A stretch of DNA of 64,000 nt. Source: Nageia nagi. Its lineage: Eukaryota > Plantae > Pinophyta. The stretch spans positions 111,352,001 to 111,416,000 of the forward strand of contig JBITNC010000001.1 in the NCBI GenBank assembly GCA_050084985.1, given 5' to 3'. Each line of letters begins with the position of its first letter. The first letter of the stretch is position 1. The notes below the pieces were generated by a model, which was not told the DNA's origin, did not search any database, and was given only the letters and a program-made list of their open reading frames with translations. The position numbers were made by a program, and so were the translations under genes. Of the stretch, positions 11,988 to 26,313 are shown one piece after another.

Positions 11988-13982
11988 TTTTTTTGAATGA
12001 TAGACTTTTATATTAAAAGAGAAAAATTATATTATACAAAGGAAAAGGGATGGAAATACACACACCTTTCGCGCCTCCCTTGATACCAAAAAATACATCC
12101 GATCAAACTACCAAAGGGCGGAAAATAACTAAGGAAACCCTATCGACCACCATGTGGCAACAACAAAAATATCATCGAGAAAACAACTTAAAAATAGTAA
12201 GCTTCATTACACATCATTAAATTTCCAACACGATTGCATTAAGCATCATTCATGGGAGAGGGATTGGAGGCAGTTTGGATGTTGGCAGGTGGTGCAGTGA
12301 AAGGCACCGAAGTGGTAGGCTTAATAAAAACCTCAACATTCTCCTGGTTCTCATTATGCTTCCACACATTAGAAGGAATTCATGACCAATGTGTTTTCCC
12401 CAAGGTTTCTCGGAATTCATGCCACTTGGGGCCACCTTTGAATGATGTTGACACCCACCCATCTACTGTGTCATCTTGTTCATTTATTATCAATGTTACT
12501 AGATTTTGCCAACCTCAACAATCTCCTTTAGACCAGCCACACCAAGTTGTAACTTGATAGGAGGTGCTCGCATTGCTACCCCAACCTGCAACTTGATGGT
12601 AGTTGCTTGCATTGCCACCCCATCCATGTTGTGTAGGAGAACTAAGACAAGAATCCCATCCTTAATTGTTCCACCCAACAGTTGGCAGAGAGTTCCTTGT
12701 TTCTTGAGGTGGTAAGTGAGATCTATGGGAAAAAATTTGGTCCTATTCCCATGGTGGATGGTGATGATGTTGCTTAGATCGTGAGCACTCCTGCCAAATT
12801 GGGGAGGAAGGAGGAACTCAACTCATAGAGCAAGAAGCATTTCCCTAGTAACTGATGAGCTCCTATAGATGGTTGACCTCCAAAGCGACCTTGTTAACTT
12901 GGTCATTAATTTGAAACTAAATGTCATAAAAAATGGTGAGCTTGTTAGCTAGAGCAAAATCAACAGAATACACTTTCCTTAAAAAAATAACTACATTCCG
13001 CTCTTTCCACAAATGAAACATGATTCTAATCCAAAAAAAATTCCAAAATGTTTCCAAATAAAATGAAAAATTTAGAGGATCTCCAAGGAGATTGTGCATC
13101 CAGGAAAGTGATTGCTTTGAAAAAGGTTGGAAAAAGGTATTCATACAAGTCCAAGCTTTTTCATCTTTACCAAATTGCCAAAACAAATGCAAAATAGACT
13201 CTTCAAAGTTATAGAATGAGCATAAAGTGATGGGGATCCCAAGTGAGTAAGCCTATTACCTACAGGCAAACCGTGGAATAGCATACTCCATGCAAAGTAG
13301 GCTTGCTTAGGTTCAATATAAATGGCCCATAGAGTTTTGAATAGTGCACTCCACTCAGAAAGAGTGGAGGATAAACACCAATGTTCATTAAGCTTGGGAG
13401 CTGTGGTAAGATTGTGAGATAGCCAATTATACCCCATTTTAGTACTATAACTAAAAATTGGTGCACCCATGATCCACTTCCATTCTATACACCATGGGCA
13501 TTGTGAGTGCTAACCCAAATTGGGCCATAACAAGAAATGTGTACATTTGAGAACTGCTTCATAAGTATCTTTATCCTCAGATTTCAGAGTAAATTTGAGT
13601 TTGAAGCTTTCCCACAAGATCCACCCTTTAGAGGAGTGGTCAAAGGAATCAAAGAGGGAGGTAATCCCTTTTTTGAAGAACTGTTTGGCATGAATCCATT
13701 GAATGGAAGCAAGAGGTTGATTCTATACCATGATAATTAGGGACCACTAGACATTAAGCAAAGCCATTGCCACACCTTGGTGTCGGCTATTACGATTCCA
13801 CTAAAGCCATGGTTTGACACTCTCCCATGCTTTCTAGATGCTCTTGCAAATAAAAGACCCAAAAACCTTGATTAGAACAAGCATAACAATCAAGTAAGGG
13901 AAATTCATACATTTCCAAGTTTTTTTGCCAAGGGGAAGTCCTTGAGAAATAGAGTACCATAACAGAACCTTCCAAGCTTCTT
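11988..13982 (-). mobile_element. 5'-truncated L1-type LINE (3' part of ORF2)
   Basis: zf-RVT-like LWAIYIEPKQAYFAWSMLFHGLPVGNRL (13141-13470), HLWKERN motif (12917-13192), poly(A) tail seen as a T run at 11988-11994, target-site duplication AGAAATAAATA at 11977-11987 and 13983-13993. Confidence 0.9.
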
Positions 13983-14146
13983 AGAAATAAATATTAACAA
14001 TTAGTTCAAATCAAAATTATATTATTCTAAAGATATGAGAGTTGGGTTTTGGAACCATTAGAATATAAACCTTGATAAGTTTCATTCACATCTTTATTAT
14101 ACATTTATAGAATATTAATAACCATTTTGTTCAAAATATGGATATG

Positions 14147-14942
14147 TGTTAGCACCTTAATTTGGTCCTCCTAAGTGGCCCTACTTAGGTGTAATATCAT
14201 AAGTATCTTTTATCATATTATGGTCTTATTATCAAACATATCTCAAGTGCTAATATTATTTTTATGCTAGGTACACCAATGTCAGTGCTAGCCTTCTTAC
14301 AAGGGTCATTGGTGGAATCTCATGCATATATAAAGATAAGTGTTTCTATCATGGGAAAGCAATAAAGATTACAACTCGATAGTTGGTACCCTACTCTTGG
14401 GTGTTTCTAAATATTGCCCATTGAGATTATAATCTTGTTACCACTCAAGCATATCTATCATCAATCATTTACAATTATATGTTTAGCTTAACTTATCGAT
14501 ATTTTGTTGTTATCGATCCTTGGAAGTGAATCTCACTCAACTAGAACCCTAACACCCATGTTGTTGTTTTAGAATGTAGCATTCGTACTTCCATAGGCAT
14601 CTGTGTTAATCTTGTTACTAATTTTGTTTATGGGGTTTGTACATCAAGGTCACCTATCTTTAACAAGCTTAGTTTGCATATAATCGGCTCTTCCCTGGTA
14701 AGGATACATAGGTATTTATCTTACACTTGATTTCATCTCTTTAGTGCATCTTTTTGTTTGTTATCTTGATTCAAAATAAAACCCTAGTCTTATTACTACA
14801 TTGTTATATTCATTTTTGTTATTTATGTTATCATGTATGTTTATTCAAGTTAAATTACTAGGATGATACATACTTAAATATTGCATGTTTCTTAATCTCA
14901 CTCGGGTTAAAATCCTAGGAGTAGCTAAAAACCTATTCAACA
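14147..14942 (+). repeat. 5' LTR
   Basis: TGTTAGCACC...CCTATTCAACA; direct repeat of 22082-22870, roughly 85% identical by eye. Confidence 0.93.
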
Positions 14943-16637
14943 TATTGGCACCCACATTTCCTAGCATATCCTTCTCTTAATTAGGGTAGGACATAAATGC
15001 TCTCAAACCCACATTAAATTTTGCCACAATATCAAATCTATTAAAGATCTTGTTTACAAATTATATTCCAAAGGCATTTTATGTTACTAGTGATGAAAAT
15101 GCAAATATCTCTTGTGATTCTACTAACCCTGCAACTAGGAGGATTACCAAAGGAAGGAAAATTGGTAGACCATGATTTTCCCAAAATTGGAGTGAGAGGA
15201 TCTATAAGAACCAACAATCTATTGAATTACATGGACAAGTCACAAAAGAAGGCATTGATGAAAGTCCTTTGTATAAGGAAAGCTTCATAGAAAGTTTAGA
15301 TAACTCAACAAAGATAGTTAATTAGGTGATTGAATCTAATAATGAAGGGTTCCAAACTCCTACAAAATCATAATATCCCTCCTATTACAACCAAAGAGGA
15401 AATCATTGCAAGATTAAGTGATGATGAGATCTTTAGAAAAGTCATGAGTTCCAAAGAGAACAAACATAGGTTCATAAAATTGCTCAATGAGTTACCAATT
15501 ATGGAAACATCCTATGCAGTTGATGTGATTGAATATGAGTAATTTTTCAAACAAAAAAGAATATATCATTATAATATAATTTTGGAATATATACCTCTTG
15601 ATGGTATGGCTTTCACACAAAGTGAACCACTATGAGGGTTCTTTGTGAATAAATCTATAGCCATACAAAATATTAGACCATTTAGTATTCCTATTCTGCA
15701 CGTGGATGCTCACATCAACATGGATGCTATTGCTAGCATGGATGTTGAGCCTCAGATAGAAAATGTGGTACAAATTCCTCCAATCACTCATGTATCATAT
15801 GTAGAAGAAGAAATTTATCATGAGAATGTTAGAGCACTACCAAACACTAGCATGAATGTTATTCTCATTGCAACATAATAGGACTTGCTTCATTAGGAAG
15901 CTCAAAGGGGTAATGAGAATATTAAAAATATTAAAAAGTACCCACTATACAAGAAGAGAAAGTTCACAACATAGAATAACTTAATGAAGATGATGATATG
16001 TTGATTGAATATGAATGTGATTTAGAGGATCCTACAAATTATAAATAAATCAACAAGATCCTTGAAGAAGTTGATATTTTATACCTAGATTGGGAAAAGG
16101 AGGATAACAAAATTAAATCTCACTTTTTTATTCAAAAGATACATTTCAAGTGACTCAAATGAGCATACCACAAAAAATTACACATTACAAGGAACTAGTT
16201 CAAAAACTAAAGGATGATTATAAGAAAAATGAAGACTAGTTAAACCTAAGAATAAGTAGCTTGTTCGATGTCCTATTACATCTCAAGAAGAATTAAAATA
16301 TCAAAGAATGCAAATTGATCAAATGCTTGAGCAAGCTATGCAAACTACTCTTGATTGGACTCATGAGGAAGAGGATATCAAATATGCATAATTATTGAAA
16401 TGCAATAAGGAGAATATGCTTTTGTTATCTTTCAATGATAAAGATAGAGAATGGTTGATCATAACCACTTGAAGAAATATAATTCAAGATAGAAATAACA
16501 AATGTGAAGCCTTTAATTTCCTTAGGCATTGAAAAAAATTCTGACATTTGAACTAGGAAAAAAATTCAAGTAAACCAGTTGAGAATGTTAAAAACATTTC
16601 TCTACCACATGTTGAAATACCAATTTTAGAGAAAGTA

Positions 16638-17700
16638 GTGGAAGCAACACATATTGATGATATTCAAAAGCTCAATATGATTCAACAAAGGGTTTCAAAA
16701 ATTGAAAAGCAACAAGGTTTGGAACCTCAAAGAAGTGAAGAAAGCAACTCCTTATGCATGAGGATTAGATTAGCAATACTAAACACCAATAAGGATTTGA
16801 AATTCATAAAATATGATGGTACTACTAATCCATGTTTACATTTGTATATTTTATTTGATGAGGTATCATTAATTATTATGGATAGTGATCTACAAGCAAA
16901 GTTATTTCCCATGTCACTAACAGGTGATGCTATTTATTGGTTTGGTAAGTTGCCACATGATAGCATTAATATTTTTGAACAACTTAAATCAATCTTTTGT
17001 GACTTCTATCAAATTCAAATTTCCAAGAAAGTTACATTTAGTGATTTGTTGAAGATTAAACAAAAAGAGGGACAATCTATTGAATCATTCATCAAATATT
17101 AGAAAAGAATGGAAAATCAAGTATATATGTATGATGATACACAAATCATAGCTTTCATTGAAGCACTTTAACAAAAGTACAAGGCAAAATATTTTGAATA
17201 GCACAAGCTACCATTACTAACATTTCTTTAGACTATGATAGGGGAAAAAAGGTTTTACATCATACATGGACAATGGAAGCAAGAACCACAATAGAAAAGG
17301 GAAAAATCACCACCATAGACTCAACTGAGATACAAAAAAGAAAAAAGAAAAGTTAATCCAGTAAAATAAAAATGTTAATGCAACGCAGCCAAAAAAGCAA
17401 GTGACAGTAGCAAAATGTGAAAATAAGAAATTTGAGCAAAAAGAAAATTCAATATGCATATGATATCAGATATTTCCTACAAGTAAATTTAAATTCATAT
17501 ATGAGGACATTGAAGAAGTTACAAAGGCCCTAATTAAATTAAAGTTGCTAGTGCAACCACCAAAGTCTCAAAGTCATCCATCATTCACAACAAGGGTTCA
17601 AAGTGAATGCAAATCATATTAGTTATGTGAATATCATCAAAAAAAGAAGGTATCCTTTCCACCACCAAAAGATAAAAAGAGTTCACAATTAGATGAGAAT
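16638..17700 (+). pseudogene. Retrotransposon gag (Retrotrans_gag type), decayed
   Basis: KYDGTTNPCLHL..KLFPMSLTGDAIYWFGKLPHDSINIFEQLKSIF..IKQKEGQSIESFI in ORF 16638-17102; CEYHQ zinc-knuckle remnant at ~17625. Confidence 0.85.
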
Positions 17701-19049
17701 ACAAATAAGTTATAAGCACCTCAACACAAGCAGAATAGGAAGATGGGATCTTCAATAATTAGTTTCTTAACTTCATCAAAGCAAAATCACAAGATTCAAC
17801 TATCAACTTTGTAAGTGGTATCACTTTTTCTGATAAAAATGTATTAAGTGTTTTTCATATTGATGTCATAATTAATTTTGTTTATGCATTTGTATTAGTA
17901 TGAATGTGTGTTTTATTTGTTTACTTTTTCTTTAATCCTAACACCTGCAGTGGTCTTCTTTTCTATTTTACATTATCCTATTCTCTCAAGAGGCATTTGC
18001 CAATTTTTTTCTTTGCCTAATTATTATCTATTCTTCTCATCAGTGCTACCACTAATATCAACACCCACACTGGTCTTCCCTTAGTTATGCAAAAAAATAA
18101 TCAATGTAGTGAGCAGTCTCACTCTATTTTAATATTGATCTTTCACTCTTTGGTCTATTCTAATATGATTTCTCAAGAAAAACTTAGACATGTATTTCTT
18201 GACAATTTTGGCCGAGTTTGCTTTGACTAGTTTTTCACACTTGATTTTTTTTTACTTTCAAAACTTCTTGAGGAGGTCATATTGGGGAAAGAGGCCTCAT
18301 TTGAGCCTTTTTTCCATCTATTATACCAGCACCCACATGGGGTTCCCTTAGGCTTTCTAACCATAGTCTTTACTTTATAGGACCATTGTGGCTATTAGGT
18401 TACCTTAGGTTAAAAATTACATTGAATAAAAAAACCTTTCCCATCCTAAACTACATGTACACATCTTGCCAAATAATACACATCCTTATACAAGTTTGAA
18501 TTTAAGGTTAATTCCATGAATTTTAGGCAACATTCAGCAAGCATAGGTGCACCAATTGAAATTCAATACCTAAGTCCTCAAAACACCCAGTGCCCATGTT
18601 GGTTTCCTTTAGGGTTATTTTTTCTAATATGGCCCTTTTAGTATGAAAAACTGGATTTTGTATTAATACCATCATTTCACAATAATACTATAACACTTAG
18701 CAAAATTAACCCATGCATGCATTCATTCACAAATTGACCAAATGCATGCATTCATTCACAAATTGACCAATTTGTTAATGAATGCATGCATTTGGTCTAT
18801 ACACAAATTGACCAATTCGAAAGAGCCACATAGGGTCTATACACCACATTCCCTACAAAATCAAGCCATGGAACATGATTATAATATAACCAAGTTCAAA
18901 CCAAATTGAATCATATAGACAAATTTACCAAAGTAAACTCCCTTACCATCCATCAAACCATCCATGATATTTTGATAAGCCTTCACATTTTTGTTTAACC
19001 ATGTGATCTTTCCATTCCTAGCCCATAAGATCCATTTATGCCCTAGGCA

Positions 19050-19771
19050 CAGGAATTTCCCTTGGCCAAACCACATGAATGTGTGCAACATTACAATAAG
19101 AACAAATGAGCTATTCTTCTCACACTCTTTTGCACCATCATAAAATTATGAAGGTCATGATATATTGGAGCAATGATATATAGGGCCCATGCATAACGTA
19201 CACCCTGGGTAATATACTAAACAATATAGATCAATATGAGAGGGAACACTTCATGATTTTTATTTTGATAGAAAATATTATCTATGTATGATACCGTTAT
19301 CAATCTAACTCACCTCATTCTCTTGATCTTTCCCTTAAAGGAACGGTGAAGATAAGCACCCTTTTTGCCTTCATTGTATTCCTCCAATCCTGTGAGCCAC
19401 TTTGTGGAAGATTTACATTGGTTATCGCTCATACTATCCTCCATGAAAATGGGGTGTCCCTTCACAAGCCAAACTTGTAGGATCCTATACACATCTTCAA
19501 GGATGATAGTGATCTTCTTGGTAGACAAATGCAATGTATTGATCTTTTTAAACCATCTCTCCATGAGGATTTTGAGTAACTCTTTATCCATATGAACATA
19601 GGGAGAATGCAACAAGTATCCCATATAAATATTATAAATAATTATCAACTCCTCATCTACAAATTTTCTTTCCAAACCTAACACTTTTTCCAGCTCTTCG
19701 ATATTGGTTCGGGTTCCATGAGAAATTATCGACATTGTATAAAAAAGGTGCATATTAGTATAATATTTCAT
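19050..19771 (-). pseudogene. Plant mobile domain (PMD, aminotransferase-like; MAIN/MAIL family) ORF, antisense to gag
   Basis: DKELLKILMERWFKKINTLHLSTKKITIILEDVYRIL matches the PMD signature L.ERW....TFH....E.TITL.DV..IL; downstream YAWALYIIAPIYHDL (~19200-19150) matches YAWG...LA.LY..L. Confidence 0.88.
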
Positions 19772-21015
19772 TTTTGAAAATGTTAGAAAGAATTTTTTTC
19801 TTTTGTTAATGAAAATAAATAAAATACATTATGATCATGCTAACACCTTAAATAAAAAATGGGACCTTATTTGTTAATAATTGCGTCAATGCTTACACCA
19901 ATGCTCATGCTAGGCTTCCTATGGCTAGTTTTTATAAAACTTGGATGAAAATTACCTTCACACCCGTCATGACCTAAAAACATGAATTCAACCAAAATTG
20001 ATATCCCTAATGCCAAAAATGAAGAATCCCTAACCTCCATAACCCTATCCCTAGGGCATACAACAAATTCCTCACCTAAACCCTACCAAACTTGGAAATT
20101 TTCAATAAAAATAGGAAGAAACATTTCTAAAAGCCTACCACATGAGTAGAGATTTGATTATGGTGGAGGAGATAGGCTCTATGATTCTCTTGGTCTAGAA
20201 TCCTCATCCTACACAATCAAAACTAGGTTAATTTACCAAAACCAAGTCAAAATGAAATCAATGCAACTTTTACCCATACATGATAATTCAAAATCCCTAG
20301 AACCTCACCAACAAGCTTCCATTGATCATCCTTGCTCTCCTAGTCTAGCCCCCACAAACTCAAATAGTGGAAATGATAAATGAATTAGCATTTAGGTTAT
20401 TTAACATAAAATTAGTACATAATTATTGAGGTACCACAAATTACCTTTACCCATAATCATACCTAAGATAATGTTCATTATGCTTAAAACCATAACCTTG
20501 GTTAGCCAACCAAAATTAGAATACATGCATGTGCTAACCTTCACATATACACTAACATTAGTGTACATGCTACTATTCATGCATTTTTATGATGAAAACC
20601 TTTACAAACCTCCCTCTACTAGGTACATATAATCCAAAATTTAATGCATAGCTGATATATATTTGATGATAAGGTTCTTTGCAGGAATAAATAAATATTT
20701 TAATTTCAAGATGGAACATTTCCCATTTGTTTAGGCACATTCTTGTTATAAGTTCATATCAAAAGCATCAAAAATCAAGAAAAAAGGTAACTTTTAGATC
20801 AATCATGTAGGTTACATACATGGAAGTATTGCATCATCACCATTGGAGAAACTAAGCTCAGTGTAATTGTTGATAGCAACACTAACATTGGGCACAAAAT
20901 CAAAACTCAGGTAAAAAATTATCACATATGACCATTAGATTCAAAGGTAAGTTTAGGTATCATTTTCTAAAATATTTCTTAGCTATATATGCATAAAATG
21001 ATCATTGCAAATTCA

Positions 21016-21450
21016 TGACCATGTCCTTGTTGGGTGAAAATTAAATAATCATTACTATTTTATGACCATATCCTTGTTAGGTGGACATGAAATAACCATC
21101 TCTATTTTATAATCATTGTTTGTTGAGATATATAAGAATGGGGCATCAAGGATTCCATGATGATGTGACTATCACTTAAGCTAGAACTATTGGTTGGGAC
21201 TAAAATAAACACTTTTTTGGGTTAGTTTACTTATTGGGACTAAACCAATCACCATTTTGATGGCCTCATGATTACCTCTTTGGTTGGGAGTAGACCAACC
21301 ATTTTTTGGATCAATTTGATGATTGAGACTAAAATAATCACCATTTTGATGGCATCTTGATCATCTCTTCGGTTGGGACTAAACCAACCTTTCTTTGGGT
21401 TAGTTCTATGATTTGGACTAAACCAATCAGTCTATTGATAGCCTCATGAC
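21016..21450 (+). repeat. Tandem arrays in the 3' UTR of the LTR element (~46 bp x2.5 at 21016-21130; ~90 bp x3 at 21190-21450)
   Basis: Recurring ATGACCATGTCCTTGTT and TTGGGACTAAACCAATCACCATTTTGATGGC units. Confidence 0.8.
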
Positions 21451-22081
21451 ATATCTTTATGTTCATATGTTTGCATCTAGGAATGGGGTATGCACTTCAT
21501 GATGATGTTGATATATATTATTATGATCTTGTATGTATGAATCTATGAATGAGACATTAGATATTTTTGTGATGATATATATCTATGTATATGATATTTG
21601 ATGTTTTAATGACATTGTATGCATATTATATTAATTTCATCCTTACTCTTGCTTGCTTTATCATTTGTGATGAAATATCATTTATAATTCCATGAATGGA
21701 ATACTTAATTCTATTGTGATAATTTTTATCTATGAATAGGGAATTAAATATTATGATGAACATATCATACATTTATGATGATTTACTCTTGTTATCATTG
21801 TTATATCTTTTATGAGTTTACCATCTTGAAGTTTGGTATTTTTGTCTCTCCTTTTTTAGGTTATTCTTTTCTCTTGGTTTATTCTACTTCATGCAAGCCA
21901 TTCCATCTCATAGCCAAAGCAAAAAGAGGGTAATATACATCATCATTCCTTGGTGATTTGGTAATTTCATAGCTAAACTATGGAAGTATCCATTTTTTCT
22001 TCTCTTTATCCTTTACTTCCTTTACAAGCATAATTTTATTTCAAAAGTTTTCATTTCTTTATACTTGCAAAGGGGGGCATT

Positions 22082-22870
22082 TGTTGACACCTAAATTTGG
22101 TCCTCCTAATGTAGCCCCACTCAAGTGTAATATCATAAGTATATTTTATCATATTATGGTCTTATTATTGGAAATATCTCGATTTGTATTCTAATTTTTA
22201 TGCTAGGTACACCAACATTAGTGCTAGCCTTGTTACAAGGGCCATTGGAGGAATATCATGTATATATAAAGGTAAGTATTTCTATCTTGAGAAAGCAATC
22301 AAGATTACATCTTGATAGTCAATACCCTACTCTTGGGGGTTTCTAAATGTTGCTTATTGAGATTGGAATCTTGTTACCACTTGAGCATATTTTTCATCCA
22401 TAATTTGTAATTATATGTTTATCTCAACTTGTCAATATTATGTTATTATCTATCTTTGGTTGTGAATCTCACTCAATCAAAACCCTTATGCCCGTGTTGT
22501 TATTTTAGAACCTAGCACTCACACTCCCATAGATTTCTACACTAACATTATTGATGTTGTTGTTTATGGAATTTGCACATAAAGGTCACCTATCTTTGAC
22601 AAGCATAGTCTGCATATAATCAACTCTTCTCAAGTAAGAACACATAAGTATTTATCTTACACTTGATTCCATTTCTTTAGTGTGTTATTTTATTTTTTTA
22701 CTTTGATTCAAAATAAAAATCTAATCCTATTATTGTACTATTATATTCATTTATGTTATCATGTATATTTATTTAAGTTAAATTCTTAGGATAATACATA
22801 CTTAAATATTTCATGTTTCTTAGTCTCACTTAGGTTAAAGTCCTAAGAGTAGCTAAAAACCTATTAAACA
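22082..22870 (+). repeat. 3' LTR
   Basis: TGTTGACACC...CCTATTAAACA, preceded by the PPT and followed by the TSD. Confidence 0.93.
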
Positions 22871-25209
22871 ATATGATAAAAATGTTTTAAAATATTGATA
22901 ATTTTTTTATAACTATATTATTATGAAATAAAGTTTGTAATACTTGGATTACATGAGATTATATCATGTTATTTCATTATGTGCTCCATGATCAAGAGAG
23001 GTAGTCCTTAAGTGATACCTTGAACCTCTTGAGATAAAGAAAGGAGTTATGCATGAATGCATATTTGATGCATTGATGAAATTTTTACCATGTTGGAATC
23101 TTGGTGAGATGATTTTGGATTTTGGAATAGTGTGAATATATTGATAAATCATGTAGGGTAGGATGCATATCATTACATGATAAGAGTTGTCTTGATCCTC
23201 ATGAATTTCTAATCAAGTCTTAGTACCAAGTACCTATGATTATTAGTTCACTTGGGATATGCTTGAAAAATGGAGATAACTAGAAAATTAAATACCATTG
23301 AATACTTGAATGAAATTATGTATTTGCATAGGATGTTATTGCACCATGTATGACTAGCAAACCTCCACTTATCATTGTTTTACATAGTTTTATTGAGATG
23401 GAATTAAAGTATGTCTTTGTTTGTGTTATGAATAATATTGATATGTTTATAACTTAGGGATTGGATGAATATTTAAAATATTTTTTCCTTAGAATAATTC
23501 AAAGGCTTATACACTTTATATTGTAACCATAGTGACTCATTTATTGAGTTATATAATTATGTAAAAGTATTGATAAATATTGTAAATCATATGGTGCATG
23601 ACATTACAAGGTAAAATATACAAAATTGTTTGTATTGTATATAGCATAATGGATAATGATGACAAAGATATGAATGATGGTTTTTTGTGGAAGAAAAATA
23701 AGAAAACTAAACCATATGTTGTAATTCAAGATTTATAACAAAAAGGCAATGCATACTAATTATTAGAAATTGACTTAGGAGTGGTCAATAGGGATTTGTT
23801 GGTTTAATATTTTGATAAAATTTAGATCGATGCCAAATATATTTAGGAATGATAGTATGGGTGGTTTTTCTTTAATTTTTTTTTTAAATAATTAGATATA
23901 AACAAAAAACTCAAGGATATTATTGGTATGGTAACAAAAATATCCATGGATCCCCAAGATATGGGCATGGGGATTCCAAGAAACATGGTGGACCTATCTG
24001 ATATATATGGGTAAGCTATTGTTCCATATCCCTTAAGAGGATGTTAGATAAGGATAATACTCTATAAAAGTATGGTTACTAGGTGAGAGTAACTTGTAGT
24101 TATAGTCCCTATAATTTAGCATATAAGGGTATGACAATTATTCTATAGCTGATGACATTATACCCATATCATATGGAAGATCTCTTTAGGATAATATTCC
24201 TATGCCTATGATACAAAACATTATTTATCATTTTAGATGTCTAACCTTATGGAAAATTATTCTCTTAGGTGATATGGGCCCCAAGTAGAGAACCATAACA
24301 TCATGACCAAAATATCTATAGCATAGTTCGTGGATAGAAATGATGGGGTCACCTATGAGGCTTCTTCCCAACAAGGTGTACGTTGAGGAAGTGAACTCCA
24401 GAAAGATTCTATCAGGATTGGTTAATTTGGATTTGGCCAATCTTGCCACATGGGTATCAACTAGTTAGTGATGTTAAAATTCTCATGTGGATCACCTTTT
24501 TCCATTCCTAAATCATTTAAGTGTTGAATATTAAATAAAAAATAGGTCTAAAATTTAGAGTTTTGGTGAAGTTGGGATTAGGTGGAGATTTGAATATGCT
24601 TATTTAACATCATTTGTATTTCCTACAAGAAAACCAACATCAATTATTGGATAACTTGCATTAGGATCCATTTATAGGAAAGAAAATATTTAAAGGCGAT
24701 AGAAGATCCTAGAGGGACATCATACTAAATATGGGAGGAATGACCTAGTCTTGCTTGAAGAACTTCGAAAATAGAATTTGAACATGCATAAAGTTTAGGA
24801 AGTTTCCCCATATCCATTGGAATTTTTTTATGATTTTTAATATAAAGGTAACCAATTAGAGAAATTGAACTTATATTAATTGAATTATTAAATAATCAAG
24901 ACTTCTTTACAAAGATCACTTCCTATGATAAAAATAAATAAATTTCCTAGAAATTATTGATGAAAAGATTGAAATATAGAAAAGTATGATATATTTAAAA
25001 TTTAAACTCATTTTGATGTATTTTAAGGAATTTATTATAATTTTATTATTTAAGTATTACATGATTTTCAAGATTTTGGGCACCAAATTTACATCTTAAG
25101 GTACAAAATACTATATTTATTAGAGAATTTTTATGATTAGTGATATAAATCATCTAAAATAACTACTTTAACTTGTTAACTAGTTTTTCTTATCAAGAAA
25201 AAACTAGTA

Positions 25210-26313
25210 TGTAACAAGGGATTATGCAATCCTCCTTTTTAAAGAAGTGGTCCTCATTCAATAAAATAAGTGCAAATTTATTTTCAAATATTTATGCGAT
25301 AACATAAATAATGTTTTCCATCATAAAAAATTTCTTATCATAAGAGTTAACCCTTTTTGAATATTTCTTACAAGATAAATCCCTTAATTCGATTCAATTC
25401 AATTGCATAGCTAGTTAAATTGTAAGTTTTCAAACATCTTTCAATGATTTTTGCTCAACCTATTTCACACAAAGATGATCAATTCACAAAAATATATGTA
25501 TTTAATCTCAATATGTTATCTCAAGCTACATATCTTGCATGAGATTGAATCTACCTTCATAAGCTCTACCTATGTGAAGAGACATCAATCTTAAAATAAA
25601 GATAAAATCACTGGATAAGGACTTGTGATCTCAGTCTTCATCTTCAAAATGATCTCATAAGAAAAAATAAGATAATATAAAAATAAATTATATATTCATT
25701 AATGTAGCATTTTCACTTCATCACAATATAAAAATTTCTTCACAAGATGTTAGCTCATGTTGCATAGCTTGCATAAGCATCCATTTATCTTCATAAGCTT
25801 AACAATAAGAACTTGATAAGCACATGAAGAGACATCCATATTGAATAAAAGGAAAAATTATTTCATAAAGACTTGTAGTATTTATCTACATCCTCAAAAT
25901 GATCTCATAAGAAGTAAACAACATAATTTGGAAGCAAAATAATCTCTTTATTGATATAACAAGATCTTTGTTACATCAATGTCTTCAATCTTCAAATATT
26001 GAATTACCTTCTTAGTATTCAATACTAAAATTAAACTCTCTCTAATTCCCTCTCCTTTAAAAATAAAAAACCTCTCATATTTATAATTATATAGGAGGTT
26101 ACAAACTTTGTCTCTTCCTCAACCCTAACCTTTCACCTACCTTTACTTTTCAACTACCTATGGCTCTTTAACTTCCTAGTAACCCTAACTACCTTTATGA
26201 GTAACTCTAATTGAGGTTAACCTTAACCACATTGATAAACTTACATTAAAATATTATATAAACTATGTCACTTATCATAAATTTGGTATAAACTATGAAA
26301 CCATAACATTACA
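25210..26313. mobile_element. Possible old solo LTR
   Basis: TGTAAC...ATTACA termini; flanks TAGTA/TGGCA differ by two transitions; internal diverged duplication (GAAGAGACATC...CAAAATGATCTCATAAGAA at ~25575 and ~25825). Confidence 0.4.

Larger units (their letters stand above)
14147..22870 (+). mobile_element. Complete non-autonomous Ty3/Gypsy (Tat/Ogre-like) LTR element: gag but no pol, antisense PMD gene
   Basis: Two ~790-bp TG..CA LTRs, TSD ATATG (14142-14146, 22871-22875), PBS-like TGGCACCCAC (14946), PPT AAAGGGGGG (22069-22077); no PR/RT/RH/INT motifs seen. Confidence 0.92.
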
